Source: Gnetum montanum (lineage: Eukaryota > Plantae > Gnetophyta). From it: DNA of 64,000 bases. Every line of letters starts with the position of its first letter. The stretch's first letter is position 1. Where the stretch lies: NCBI GenBank assembly GCA_015680685.1, contig MNCI01000456.1, positions 84,284 through 148,283 on the forward strand, given 5' to 3'. The translations under genes and the position numbers were made by a program. Below are positions 27,682-39,374 of the stretch, one piece after another. The notes below the pieces were generated by a model. That model searched no databases and was not told the origin of the DNA. It worked only from the letters and a program-made list of their open reading frames with translations.

Positions 27682-28576
27682 TGATGAGTAGAGGGTAGTC
27701 CCTATGTCTAACCATATGAATCACAAGTGTTGCACTAGTGATCCAATCAAATTATATGGACTTAGCCCCTAAATGCACCAATGGGCAAAGGTAGTGACTT
27801 AGAGATGCGATCATTGTCTTCTTGGCTTCACTTGTGTAAGTTCACTTGTATGGTTAAGTGTAAGCCAAGGCAAATGATTTTTATGTATATTTTATATTTT
27901 ACTTGATTTAATCTAAGTGTAAAATAAAGGTAATTAATTGTGAATTAACTAATCAACTATCTAATGCCTTAAGCTAACTATCCTAACATAAGCATCTAGG
28001 CCCACCTTCTGTGCACTTCCTAAACTCATTATAAACACTACTGGGTTATCAAGTTTTAGGTTACTGGGTGGACCAAGCAATAACACCACTAGGATTACCA
28101 AGTGTTAATGGTATGTTCAAGACATTCATACTTATGTATTATTATTAAATGTACTAATTAACTAAGGACATGAATGTAAAATGCATAAGTAATAATGTGC
28201 ATGAATGAAAACATTAAACTTTTCTTAATTTCTACAAGGAATTCCAAGAATTTCATCTTTATTGCCAACACATTAAAGTGTTCATGTATATTGATGTTCG
28301 AATAGGGATTTGTACAATCCTTAAAGTCCTACTATGAACACTCAAAAAATATTCTAACTTTGGTAGAAGAAAAATACAATAACTTGGCTACTCTATCAAC
28401 TTAACATTACCTAAATGTAGTGGGTACATGCATTTATATAGGCAAGACTAGACACTATGTCAATGCATCTGTGTTACACATCGAACAATGCATCTACAAG
28501 GCTACATCGATGGGGCTACATCGACAAGGCTACATCAATGCATGTCCATCAACACAACTTCTCAAATGATTCATCA
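27682..28576 (-). repeat. 3' LTR of outer Athila element (895 bp)
   Basis: Aligns end to end with 49883-50720; preceded on the minus strand by PPT-like TGGGGGTA; contains extra GCTACATCGA sub-repeats. Confidence 0.92.
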
Positions 28577-28799
28577 TACCCCCACAACTAAGTGAAAACT
28601 CATCCTCAAGTACACAAAAGTAGGATCAAGCTTCTTACAAAATTGGGAATGTATGAAATTATTGATTGACAGACTTTAACGGGCTAACTCTAAGTGTTGA
28701 ATTATACAAAATTATAACAATTACAAAACTGGGTATCCTAGAAAATAAAATTAGACATCCTTACAAAAAGGAACAACCAAGATCCTCTAATTGCTAAAG

Positions 28800-31652
28800 A
28801 TGAAGAGAAGATCAAATAATGCCTTAAGGTGGAGGCCCCTAGGGTCTTGAAGGACTTTCACTAGGCTCTAGTGCTCATGGTGGTGGAGGCTAAGCCTAAG
28901 GCTATGGCTATGGCTATCCTACTATAGCTACTACTTCTAGTGAAATACTAAAATCATTCAATAATGCCTTCATCTTCTCCTCCTTACTCTATGGGTCATG
29001 TGGCTTCACCAATATGGGCTAGTATAGGGACATCCCATGGACAAGGCATTATGGGGAACAAGTTCTTCACATTGACAAATCATGCTACAAATTATTTACA
29101 TTCAACATCAAACATCTTTACAAGGTTCTACAACTCATGGTAGTTATTCATTCTTTTGGCCAAGTTCTCAGCAACCAATTGTTAATCTCTGAATCGGTTC
29201 CTAAGAACGTCAGGCTCAACATTCACTATTTCCACCTTCTATTTAGTGTCCTTAAGATGTTTGAACTTGGCCTCATAGAGGAGGTACAAGCTGGCCACCT
29301 ACTTCTCCAATTCTAACCTTGGCCTCCTAGCTATCAGCATAGCCAAGTTTATGTAGCAAAGGTTGGCAAGCTTCATATATTTAGTCATTTCCTTGATCTA
29401 CAACTCTTTCAGGTGGATCTTTTCTTTCTTATAAGCATTTAGAACATCAAATATTAGCTGCCATACATTGCCTCTTTTCCAGAGTTGCTAGAGAGCCTCA
29501 TTCATCTTTGCCTTGGCTAGTTGAATCTCTTTTTCATTCACCACCTTGAGAAGTCCTACTTAGTCCCTGTAATGATTTTTCACAACTCTTTCAAATTTTA
29601 GAACCTCATTTTTCTAGGTGGATACCTCAATGGCCATTTTCTAATGAAGTCCCCAAACTTCCTTCATTGATAGATTTCTATTTTCCACTACCAACCTCCT
29701 TAGGTCCATACTCACCTTGACAAGCTACTCCTACTAGTGTCCCACAAATTCAACCATTTGGTCTTTTTAGTCCTTGACATTACATAGGTAATAAATGTTT
29801 TTATTCAAGGCCAAGTTCTTCTTGCGGACATGCACTAAGTCCTTATCAGTATGGGTAGCAAGGACACTTTGAAGATAGCCATCTCCTTATCATTATAAGC
29901 ATTTTTTAATTAGTTTTGAAGTTGTAAGAAAGCTTCATCCCATGTAATAGCTTGGCTAAGAATGTCAAGATCAGCTAACCAAGCACTCAGTTCTACAACA
30001 TTAGTAGCCAACTATAAGTTATCAATAGTGGCTGCCTAAAGTTGGGCATTTGCTATGATGAGCTTGTTCTTGATTTCTAACAACTTTGACTGCATTACAA
30101 TGATTTCTTCTGGGAGATCAAAGATCTCCAAAAGTAGTTTCCAAATCTCCAGTAGTTGGTCCAACAAATCCTTGTATTGGGCAATGCTAAACCTTCCACA
30201 CCTTGCTCTAGTTGAAGCCTACACATCCTTGAGTGCAACAATGTTTAGCATGGTTGCTACAAGAGCATTGAATGCTTTAGCCACTTTTTTGACCACCACC
30301 TCCACCATTGTTTCTTGCCCGTGGTGCTACATCACTAGGACAATAGCCCCCTTGTCCTTCTCTAGGCACACCAAGAAGGTTACGACATTCCTAGAAATTT
30401 CTGGGAACTCTTGCTATCCAAGGATGGGCACCATAACCTCTCGAGCACTCGAATCTAATCTCACAAGCCCTTATGTTTTTTGGGTTCAAAATAATGAGGC
30501 AATCTCTTCTAGCTAGCTTATGGTCCTTGTGACTTTGTTGAGATGGTTTAATGCTAGTTGGTAGACTGATGGTTCCCCACCATTTTCCTTACCTTTCTGT
30601 TGCTGCAACAGCTACTCACATAATTTCTTCATGTGCTTAATAGCTACATGGGCCTCTAGTGTTGTCTCTCTAGTAGGTGGTGGTGATGGTAGATGCTCCA
30701 GCTTAAGCAACTTAGTAGCTACTTTGTCCTTCAACATCTCCTACTAGGAAGTGGTAGGAACATGATGGAGTTTATCATTTGCATAATAGGATATGCCTCC
30801 CTTTTTGTAAAGATTTTTGATTAGGTATGAAAAGGAAAATGTCTTCTTCCCTCACTTGTTTTATTTAAAGCATTTCTTGATCTCCGGGAAGATGAGCTAA
30901 GGAAGGTTGACAAGGAATTTCCTACTTAGAGTGATGCATGCATGAGAAAAGAAGGTTGTGATTTTGCTAGGCCTCACCATTGGGTTTAGGTTGTAGGTCA
31001 CAATCTTAAAATAGGCTTTCTCCACCTTGGTGAGTGCACCATACTCCTTATGGTCCATTCCATAGCACCATTGGACCCACTCCTTTTTGTCTTCTAGGTC
31101 CTCTTTTGTAGGAATATCTACTAATGTTGCCCCAATATCAAGCAGTTTGAGGACCTCTACAATGGTTTTAACCAAATAGAAGACGCTATTGTCCTTGATC
31201 TTAACTATGGTGTTTTCCAGTCAATTGTTCCAAAAAATATAGATTTTCCCCATGTACCATTTCGGACTAGAGGTGAGGATGGGCCACATGGGGGACCCCT
31301 ACAATTGAGTTTTGACCTTATTGGGTGCCATGTCCAACAAGGTACCAAAGTTAAGTTCTTAAAGAACCAAAGTTTGGACTTCCTTGGAATAGATTTGCTC
31401 AAGGTAGGCCTTGGTTAATGTGACCTCCATATTTCGCCTAAGCATTAGCACCTCATCCTACCTATACTGGCTTATCTCTACTATGGGAATTTAATAAATA
31501 GATTCCACTTTAAGCTCCTCTTGAAGAGGTCCTAGTGCATGGGTTTCAACCTCTCTTTCTTAGGGTTGTTGTGGCTATTGGCCCCTTCCTCCTCTTAGCC
31601 ACTTCTCCCTTGGTTGGGATGGTCCTTCTCCCTGTGATCTCTTTGGTATCAT
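28800..31652 (-). pseudogene. Env-like accessory ORF of outer Athila (~950 codons): 'putative plant transposon protein'-type domain plus coiled-coil-like C-terminal region
   Basis: ATG at 31652 (MIPKRSQGEGPSQPR) directly after an acceptor-like tttgtaattgtAG. ALTKVEKAYFKIVTYNLNPMVRPSKIT...VNLP*LIFPEI...TFSFSYLIKNLYKKGGI matches the Lxxxx..NLxP...INxGxxI...LPFPxLIxxLC pattern I recall for Athila ORF3. Multiple stops. Confidence 0.8.
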
Positions 31653-32174
31653 CTACAATTACAAACATAACCTAGGATTAGTATTTTATGTGTAACATTT
31701 AATACCTTTGATATCTTTTCTCATCTAGACAAGTTACACTTATGTTGGTTGTGATCATGGCAGATTGATTATTTTATTATTATTTTATCTATTTAGCTAC
31801 TTGAGTTTGTTAATGAGGTTTAACTTAGTGTAGATTGGTAATTTTCATAATATTTTATTAGTTAAATCTTGGGAGTTAGAAAAATCTTGAAAATATTTCT
31901 ATCATAAACCATAGGTTTGTGGCCCCCATGACATAAAGCTCACCTTCAGTAGCTTGAAAGTCAAAGAATGGGGTGAATCAGACAAGCAATTGGTAAGATA
32001 TGATTCTTAGAAGGCTTTGGGCTCTAAAAATTACAAAAGCTCTCCTTGCATTATGAGGCAAATGTGCAAAAATGGCTATGCCTTGATGCCCTTTATAGTA
32101 TTATTCTCTTGCATGGATGGAGATGCATCAATGCAGCCATAGAGAACTTTTTTCACATGAAAAAACAAAGTATG

Positions 32175-32989
32175 TGATGGGACGCGATATCGCATGGGCC
32201 GCGATATCACGTCTTCCCCTGCAATATCGCGTACACGATCTTGCAGTACACCGCAAAATCTATAAATAAGAGGCGACTCTCCCTTGTTTCTAATTTTAGG
32301 CCTAGACCATAGTGAAACTCTGGTAGTTTTACCTCTCTAGAGATAGAATAATTTCCATGTGTCTGCAGTAGGAGCTCCAAAGTGAACGGATCTTTATTCG
32401 AGCAAATATTGTACCTAAACACAAGTTTGTGTACGGAAATAAAGACAAACTTCTTGGATAAACCTTGCAGTGCATGGAATAGACTAATTAGGATTTTAAT
32501 TACTATTATTTATTATTTATCATTTAAATGCTTTATTAGTTAATTAACTCTCTATCAACACTTCTCCCATAGTTAAGTGCATTCAGTAAGACTGCTTCAC
32601 GCACGTGTGTTACGCTTGGTAATCCCAATAACGAATAGCATTTGGTAACCAACGTTGCATTGGTTTAGGGTATGAATGGTAAGTGGGAATGGATGCTGAT
32701 GCTAGGTTAATTAAGGCTTAATTATTTAGTTAAAGTTAGTTAATTAGTCTCTTAATCCTTCACCTCATTAGCATAGGAGATAAAACAGAAAATACATAAA
32801 AATCACATACCTCATACTTACTTAACCATACAACCATGACAAATACAAGTAAGTCTGGGAAGACAACAAATGATTAACCTTAAGTGTTCCATAAGATGTG
32901 TAGGCACCTAGTCTGTAGAGTTCAACCGGATCGTGCATGTAACGCTCATATTCGTATGGTTGAGTGTAGGGGTACCTTGCCACTCATCA
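32175..32989 (+). repeat. 5' LTR of inner Athila element (815 bp)
   Basis: Direct repeat of 41264-42092; TATAAATA at ~32262; GCGATATCGC-type palindromes at the 5' end. Confidence 0.96.
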
Positions 32990-32990
32990 T

Positions 32991-33008
32991 TGGCGCCATT
33001 GCTGGGGA
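32991..33008 (+). promoter_or_regulatory. Primer-binding site (tRNA-Asp type)
   Basis: TGGCGCCATTGCTGGGGA, 1 nt after the LTR; two transitions from the Athila consensus TGGCGCCGTTGCCGGGGA. Confidence 0.9.
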
Positions 33009-33133
33009 CTAAGTTGTTTGTGTGCTAAGTAGAACATAAGAAATTATCCACATTTTTGGGAGCTTAAACAAACCCTTAGGGTTAATTAAATGAAAAATTA
33101 TATAATGGTTAATCATCACACCGAATAAGACAC

Positions 33134-36100
33134 ATGTCTTCTTCTTCTTCTCATAAGAGCACTTCACCACCTAGGGATCATACAAGAAACAGTCAGCAGT
33201 CTAACATGCATAACCGAAATCCACCAATTCCTCAACAATATAGGATGGTATATACTCATCATGATGAGTATATACCTAATTTTACTATTATTCTCCATTA
33301 GGATGAAAAACTACGATGGAGAGACTTACAAGGTAACATAGTGTTACCTCCAGATCGGGTAGTCCCTAACATGCTTCTCTGTGCTCTGGCACAGATAGGC
33401 ATGACACAGCTATATGCTGAATATGTTATAGGTGATTTTAACATAAGGGATTACCATCCCATAGCCACACAATGTTTAAGGGACTCAAGGCAGGAGACCC
33501 ACCATACATTGTTGAAGGGAAAAGGGGTCATGCACGTCCTAAGAGAAATTGGAGATGGTGAACTAGTTATAATAGGTTCTCTATCGAATGATGTTCCTCC
33601 TCCTAACAAAAGTGAGGAGGTGGGGTATTAGAACCTATGCTCCATGATACACAACCCTGGTTCTGATACCCATGAACACCAATTGTTTACCGATGGAACA
33701 AAAACACATGACAAGGATGGGCATTCTGATCATCATCATAATCGGGGTCATAGCCATCGAAGAGAAGGTAAGAAACATCATCATGGCAATGGTTCTCCTT
33801 CTTCTTCCCCTTCATCACATCATTCCCCCTCTCCTTCCACATTCAAGCGTAGTCATCAAGAGCATAACGGTGAGGATAAGGGTAAGTGAAATGAGAGTCC
33901 TCGACAAGAGAGTCGAGGGAGAGGACGAGGGTAGTCTAGAGAGTCTAGGAATGATAGAAGGGAAAGTAGGGAACCACGTAGGCATCATAGATGTCATGAG
34001 AGAGATGATCATGACAAACCCCTACTTGCCACTCGAAGTATGCTAGATATTACATAGGCAGTGAGAATACCTACAAGGCATCAAAAGGATAGTTGGATCA
34101 AGAGATTAGACATGAAAAATATCCCACACTTCAAAGGGGGATACAACGTTGATCCATAAAATCATTTACAAGCATTTCATGATGCCTGCGCCTTGCAAAA
34201 TATTGAAAACGAGTGGCAGAAATTAAAGTTGTTTCCTAGGACACTCATAAAGGAAGCGGAAAGCTGGTACCGATCTTTAGAGCCAGAAACCATTAGGAGG
34301 TGGAGTACGATGTTAGAATTGTTCAAGAATAAATACCAAACGTACTCCAAAGTGTCTAACTTTCGTAAGCAGATCCAAGGATGGAAGCAGGGTAATCACG
34401 AATCCTTGGATGCTACCATGGGCCAATATTATGCATTGCTACATCGTTACCTAGGCCATGGTTATGCACAACGGGATCAACTCCACCACCTCGTAGATGG
34501 GCTAAGACATGAAACCAGGAGAACCCTTAGGACATATGCCCAAGGGAGACTATCTAAACTTAGAGCCCATGAAGTTCATCAATTTTTGGAGCAAGTAGCT
34601 AAAGAAGAAGTGGAGCTATAGAAAAGAGAAAGCGCAGAAGAATATAACCGTGATCCTTCCCTCTGGAAGAGGGAAGTGAGATTCTGTGATGAAGAGGATG
34701 ATCACCACTTGAAGAGTTGGTGAATAGAAAAACCTTGTCACTTCAAAAGGTAACAACAGAACTGGTGGCTAAGGTAGATCAGATGTAGGACTCCTTAGAT
34801 AGTAGACTTGAACCTGTCCTGAAAATCATAGAGGAGTCTAAGGAATGAAGTAGTGACCATGACAAGAAAAGGCAGAGAGATTCAAGCCATGAACGTGACA
34901 AGGGTAAGGGAAAAATGACTATCGCCGATGAGGTTGTGGATTCAGATACAGAAAATGACGGTGGATGTGAGATCTACCAATATGACCATCCTAAGGGATG
35001 TTGCCCAATAATCTCACATCTACAAGAGTCTGGGATGTATGCACTCAACCCGAGACTTAACAGACGGCAGACACCCCGAAGGTTACCTTATTCCCAAGGT
35101 AACCTGAGGCAGTTCCACCAATCATTAACGTATTATCCAAGTGGAACTCCACCACAACCTATCGGTCAACACCAGCAGTGGCAACACCCATAGTCATGGG
35201 GGATGCCACCGCCTAGACAACAATACCCTTATCGACAACTAGATCCTTATGGCTATTACGTGCAACAGCCGATTTCTCCAAGTGACTTCATGGGTCACAT
35301 AACTCCACATTGTCACTACCAAGTTCAGTAGTGTTTTAGGACTCCTTCTCCTCCTAGAGACACACCACAAACATACCATCCTCCGAATCCATCCACACCT
35401 CTTACGCTGGTAGCTCCACCACCAACTACTCCAACAATGCCAAGGGTATTCCCCACTCAACTGCAACAACCTAATGTCACGAGGGCTTCAAATCCTCAAT
35501 TCTCAATCGATTCTGACAATCTTATGCCGAAAATACCTTTCTTCATAATCAACAATCCAACTAAGCCCTCAACCTCACAAGCGGTTGAACATTTAAACAC
35601 CTTCATACCAAATATGATTTCGGGACCCCCTTCAAATCAAAAATTGCACCCAATGCACACAGTTATGTTAACACATACCGTTAACGACTAGATTAAGATA
35701 GGCCACCTTCCCAAGAAATTATTTGATCCTAGAAGCCCCCTAATTTATCTCCAAGTTGCTAGGAATGAACCTCATAAGGCTCTTCTTGACTCAGGCTCCG
35801 AAGTCAACTTAATCTCATAAGAATTATATAAAACCTGGACCCTGCCTCCACTTAAGAAGAGAAATATTCACTTAGAATTGGCTGACCAGTCCATCACTAT
35901 TCCCTTGGGATAGGTTGAGAACATTGTTACCACCATGGGTGGTTGGTCATACCCAGCTAATTTCCTGGTGATCCAAATAAACAATGACAAAAGGGATTTC
36001 CCAATAATATGGGAAGGGCATGGTTGAGTACAATAGATGCATGCCTAGGAATCTGCAATCTTTCCCTAGAAATATCCCAAGAAAAATACTTTTGAAAAGA

Positions 36101-39100
36101 TTGAGAGGAAGAGAGTTTCATGAATCGCATATAGTGACACAAGGTGCCATTGCATGCAGAAATCATGGGTGATGCGAAGCTTAACACTGCCTACATGCAA
36201 TCAGTGTGCACAAGATATTAACATACAAAAGTACCTATATGCAGCAGCCACATGACAAGAAAACACCTAGTGGTTGATGGCTGATCAAGAGAGCAACTCG
36301 ATAACATGCATCAAACTAACTGAGGGGATAACTAGTGCTTACATTGAAAGTACAAATACCCTTAAGCAAGTCTATTGCCAACTTCCCAACCTTAGCCTCG
36401 AAAACATCAACTAGGGGAAGTTGGAAATTCCTAAGAATTTTAAACAAGATCCCCTCAATCTGAAACCATTGCCCACCGGTCTAGAGTATATGACTCTTGA
36501 AACTGGAAAACTGGTAATTATCAACGCAAAAATTGTCCCCAAGCAAAAAGAAAGCCTATTGAAAGTGATCAATAAATGGTAAAAATCCTTTGCCTAGTCA
36601 TATCTTGAGCTAACTAGAATAGACCTTAGGATATGCCAGCATAGGATTTACATGGATCCCTCCATGAAGCCTCAAAAACATCCACATAGGCAATTGAACC
36701 CAAAATTGAAACAAGTGGTAAAAGAAGAGATAGAATAGCTCCTCAAGGCCGGGTTCATATATCCCACTGCTGATAGTGAATGGGTTAGTCCTCTAGTAAT
36801 CATGCCTAAGAAGGAAGGCAAATGGAGGGTGTGTATAGATTTTAGGCTACTAAACATAGTAACGTTCAAAGATCATTTTCCATTGTCGTTCGTTGACCAA
36901 GTCTTGGACACTATAGCAGGGCATCGCTATTATAGTTTTCTGGATGCATATAGTGGGTATAATCAAATATGAATAACACCAAAAGATCAAGCCAAAACAA
37001 TGTTCACCAGTCCCTAGGGAACATTTGCATATAAGCAAATGCCATTTGGCTTGTGCAATGCCCCTACCATGTTCCAACGTTTAGTCCTAAGCATATTTCA
37101 ACAACAGATAGGAAACAGAGTGGAAGTCTTTATGGACGACTTCTCCACTTATGGGACAAGCTTTGATCAAGCCCTGGACCAACTAGAGCAAGTGCTAAAA
37201 TGATGTGTTGAAACCAACCTGAAGCTCAACTGGTAGAAAAGCCACTTGATGGTTCAAGAGGGCGTAGTATTGGGACATAAGATTTCATAGTCAGGAATAG
37301 AGGTGGACCTAGAAAAGGTTAAATTCATCCAAGGAATCACCCGACAACCAGAAACTGTCAAATAAATTCGGTCATTCCTTGGACACACTGGTTACTATAG
37401 GAGATTCATCGAAAACTTCTCCAAAATTACCAAACTGTTGGTGGAATTAACGAAGAAGGATGAACCATTCAAATGGACCAGGGAATGTGAATGAGCATTC
37501 CAAACTCTAAAAAAGAGGCTTGTGGAAACTCTCATTCTACAAGCCCCTAACTGGTCCAGATGATTCCATATCATGACCGATGCATCTAATTATGCCTTAG
37601 GAGCCATACTAACACAGTTAGATGAAAAAAATGGCCTTATTACATCCACTGTGCAAGTAAGAGTATCGCTGGTGCACAACTCAACTACACAACTACGGAA
37701 AAGGAATTAATGGTTGTAGTGTTTGCACTAGACAAATTTAGGCACTATGTGTTAGGCTACAAATTGTATATTCACACAAATCATAGTGCAATTAGGTTCC
37801 TCATGTACAAGCCAATGGTTAGACCTTGTATTATACGTTGGTTGGTAATCCTTCAAGAGTTCGACTTAACAATAGTAGATCGAAAAGGCACCGAGAATGT
37901 AGTCGTAGATCACTTATCTCGGTTGCACTGGGACAGCAAAGAGGATGAATATGCCATATTTGATCATTTTCTTGATGAAGCCCTCTTTGCCGGTGTGGTA
38001 AATAACCAACCCACGAGAAAAAATTGGTATAGTAGCATTCTTACTTATCTTCTTTCCCAACAAACACCACAGGGGTTGGACTTTAGGAAGAAGCAACGAT
38101 TTTTTCATAAAACTAAGTACTTCATGGAAATCAAGGGACAACTCTATAAAGTTTGTCCTGATGGCTTGGTTCGATGGTGTGTGCCTGATGAGGATCAATT
38201 AAGAGTTCTCCAAGATGCTCATGAGGGTCCCTGTTGGGGCCACTATGCAGGGAGACGAATGGCCATCAAGATCCTGCTTGTAGGATATTACTAGCCAACG
38301 CTATTTCAAGATTCCCATCAATTTGTCCAATCTTTTGAGCACTATCAACATGATGGTGGAATGACTACTAGAATGGAGGATCCACAACAATGGATTCAAC
38401 CTTTGGAACCCTTCAACATTTGGGGAATAGATTGTATGGGGCCCATTACACCAATGTCCAATGGGAAAGCTTATATCATTGTTGCTATTGACTATTTAAC
38501 CAAATGGGCTAAAGCAGCCACTGTAATAGACTACACATCATCTATGGCTACACAATTTGTACAACAACAAATCGTAAACAAGTTTGGTGTGCCGTGTGCA
38601 CTCATCTCTGATAATGGAACACATTTTACGGGTGCAACCTTTCGCAAGTTGATGCAACGCTTAGGGGTTGAACATAAATTGGCCACACCCTATCACCCCC
38701 AAGCCAATGGCCAAGCTAAGGTCACTAATCAAAAGATTACAAGAATATTAACGAGAACAATTAGCAAATTTAGAAGAGATTGGAGCACAAAACTGAACGA
38801 TGCTCTCTGGGCATACCGCTCCACTTGGAAACTCCCTACAAGCTACTCTCCCTATGAGTTAGTATATGGAAAACTTCCAAAGCTTCCAATACAAACTAAG
38901 CTCCATACACTATCCATGGCATGTGACCTCCACCTTGACCTTGACCTAGCACAAAAACAAAGATTGGCAGCTCTAAACGTGCTAGATGAGAATAGATTGG
39001 TTGCTCTATTGTCAAATTAGTTGCACAAGGCACATAATAAGAAATGACATGACTTAAGAATTTGAAGGGTTAAGTACCAACCAGGAGACAAGGTCCTTTA

Positions 39101-39374
39101 CTAGAACCCTGCACACATACCACAACATACAAAATTTCAAACATTTTGGGAAGGATCCTACATTATCCATACGACCTTTCCCTCGGAAGCCATGACAATA
39201 TACAAGCCTGAAACCCCTGATAAGAAATTACTGGTCAATGTGCAACAAACCAAAACTTTCCATGAACCAAGAATAGCCAGTGCAAATTACACCTCTAATA
39301 GCAGACAACCACACTCCTTATTTCGGATCTCTCCCTTTCCATTCAATCATGGGGGAGATGGCCACTTGTGCTAA
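33134..39374 (+). pseudogene. gag-pol of inner Athila element (disrupted)
   Basis: Gag KLKLFPRTLIKEAESWY; knuckle-like CEIYQYDHPKGCCP; protease ALLDSGSEVNLI; RT WVSPLVIMPKK...VFMDDF; RNase H MTDASNYALGA...ALDKFRHY; IN HEGPCWGHY, WGIDCMGP, ISDNGTHF, TPYHPQANGQ. Stops and frameshifts present. Confidence 0.95.
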
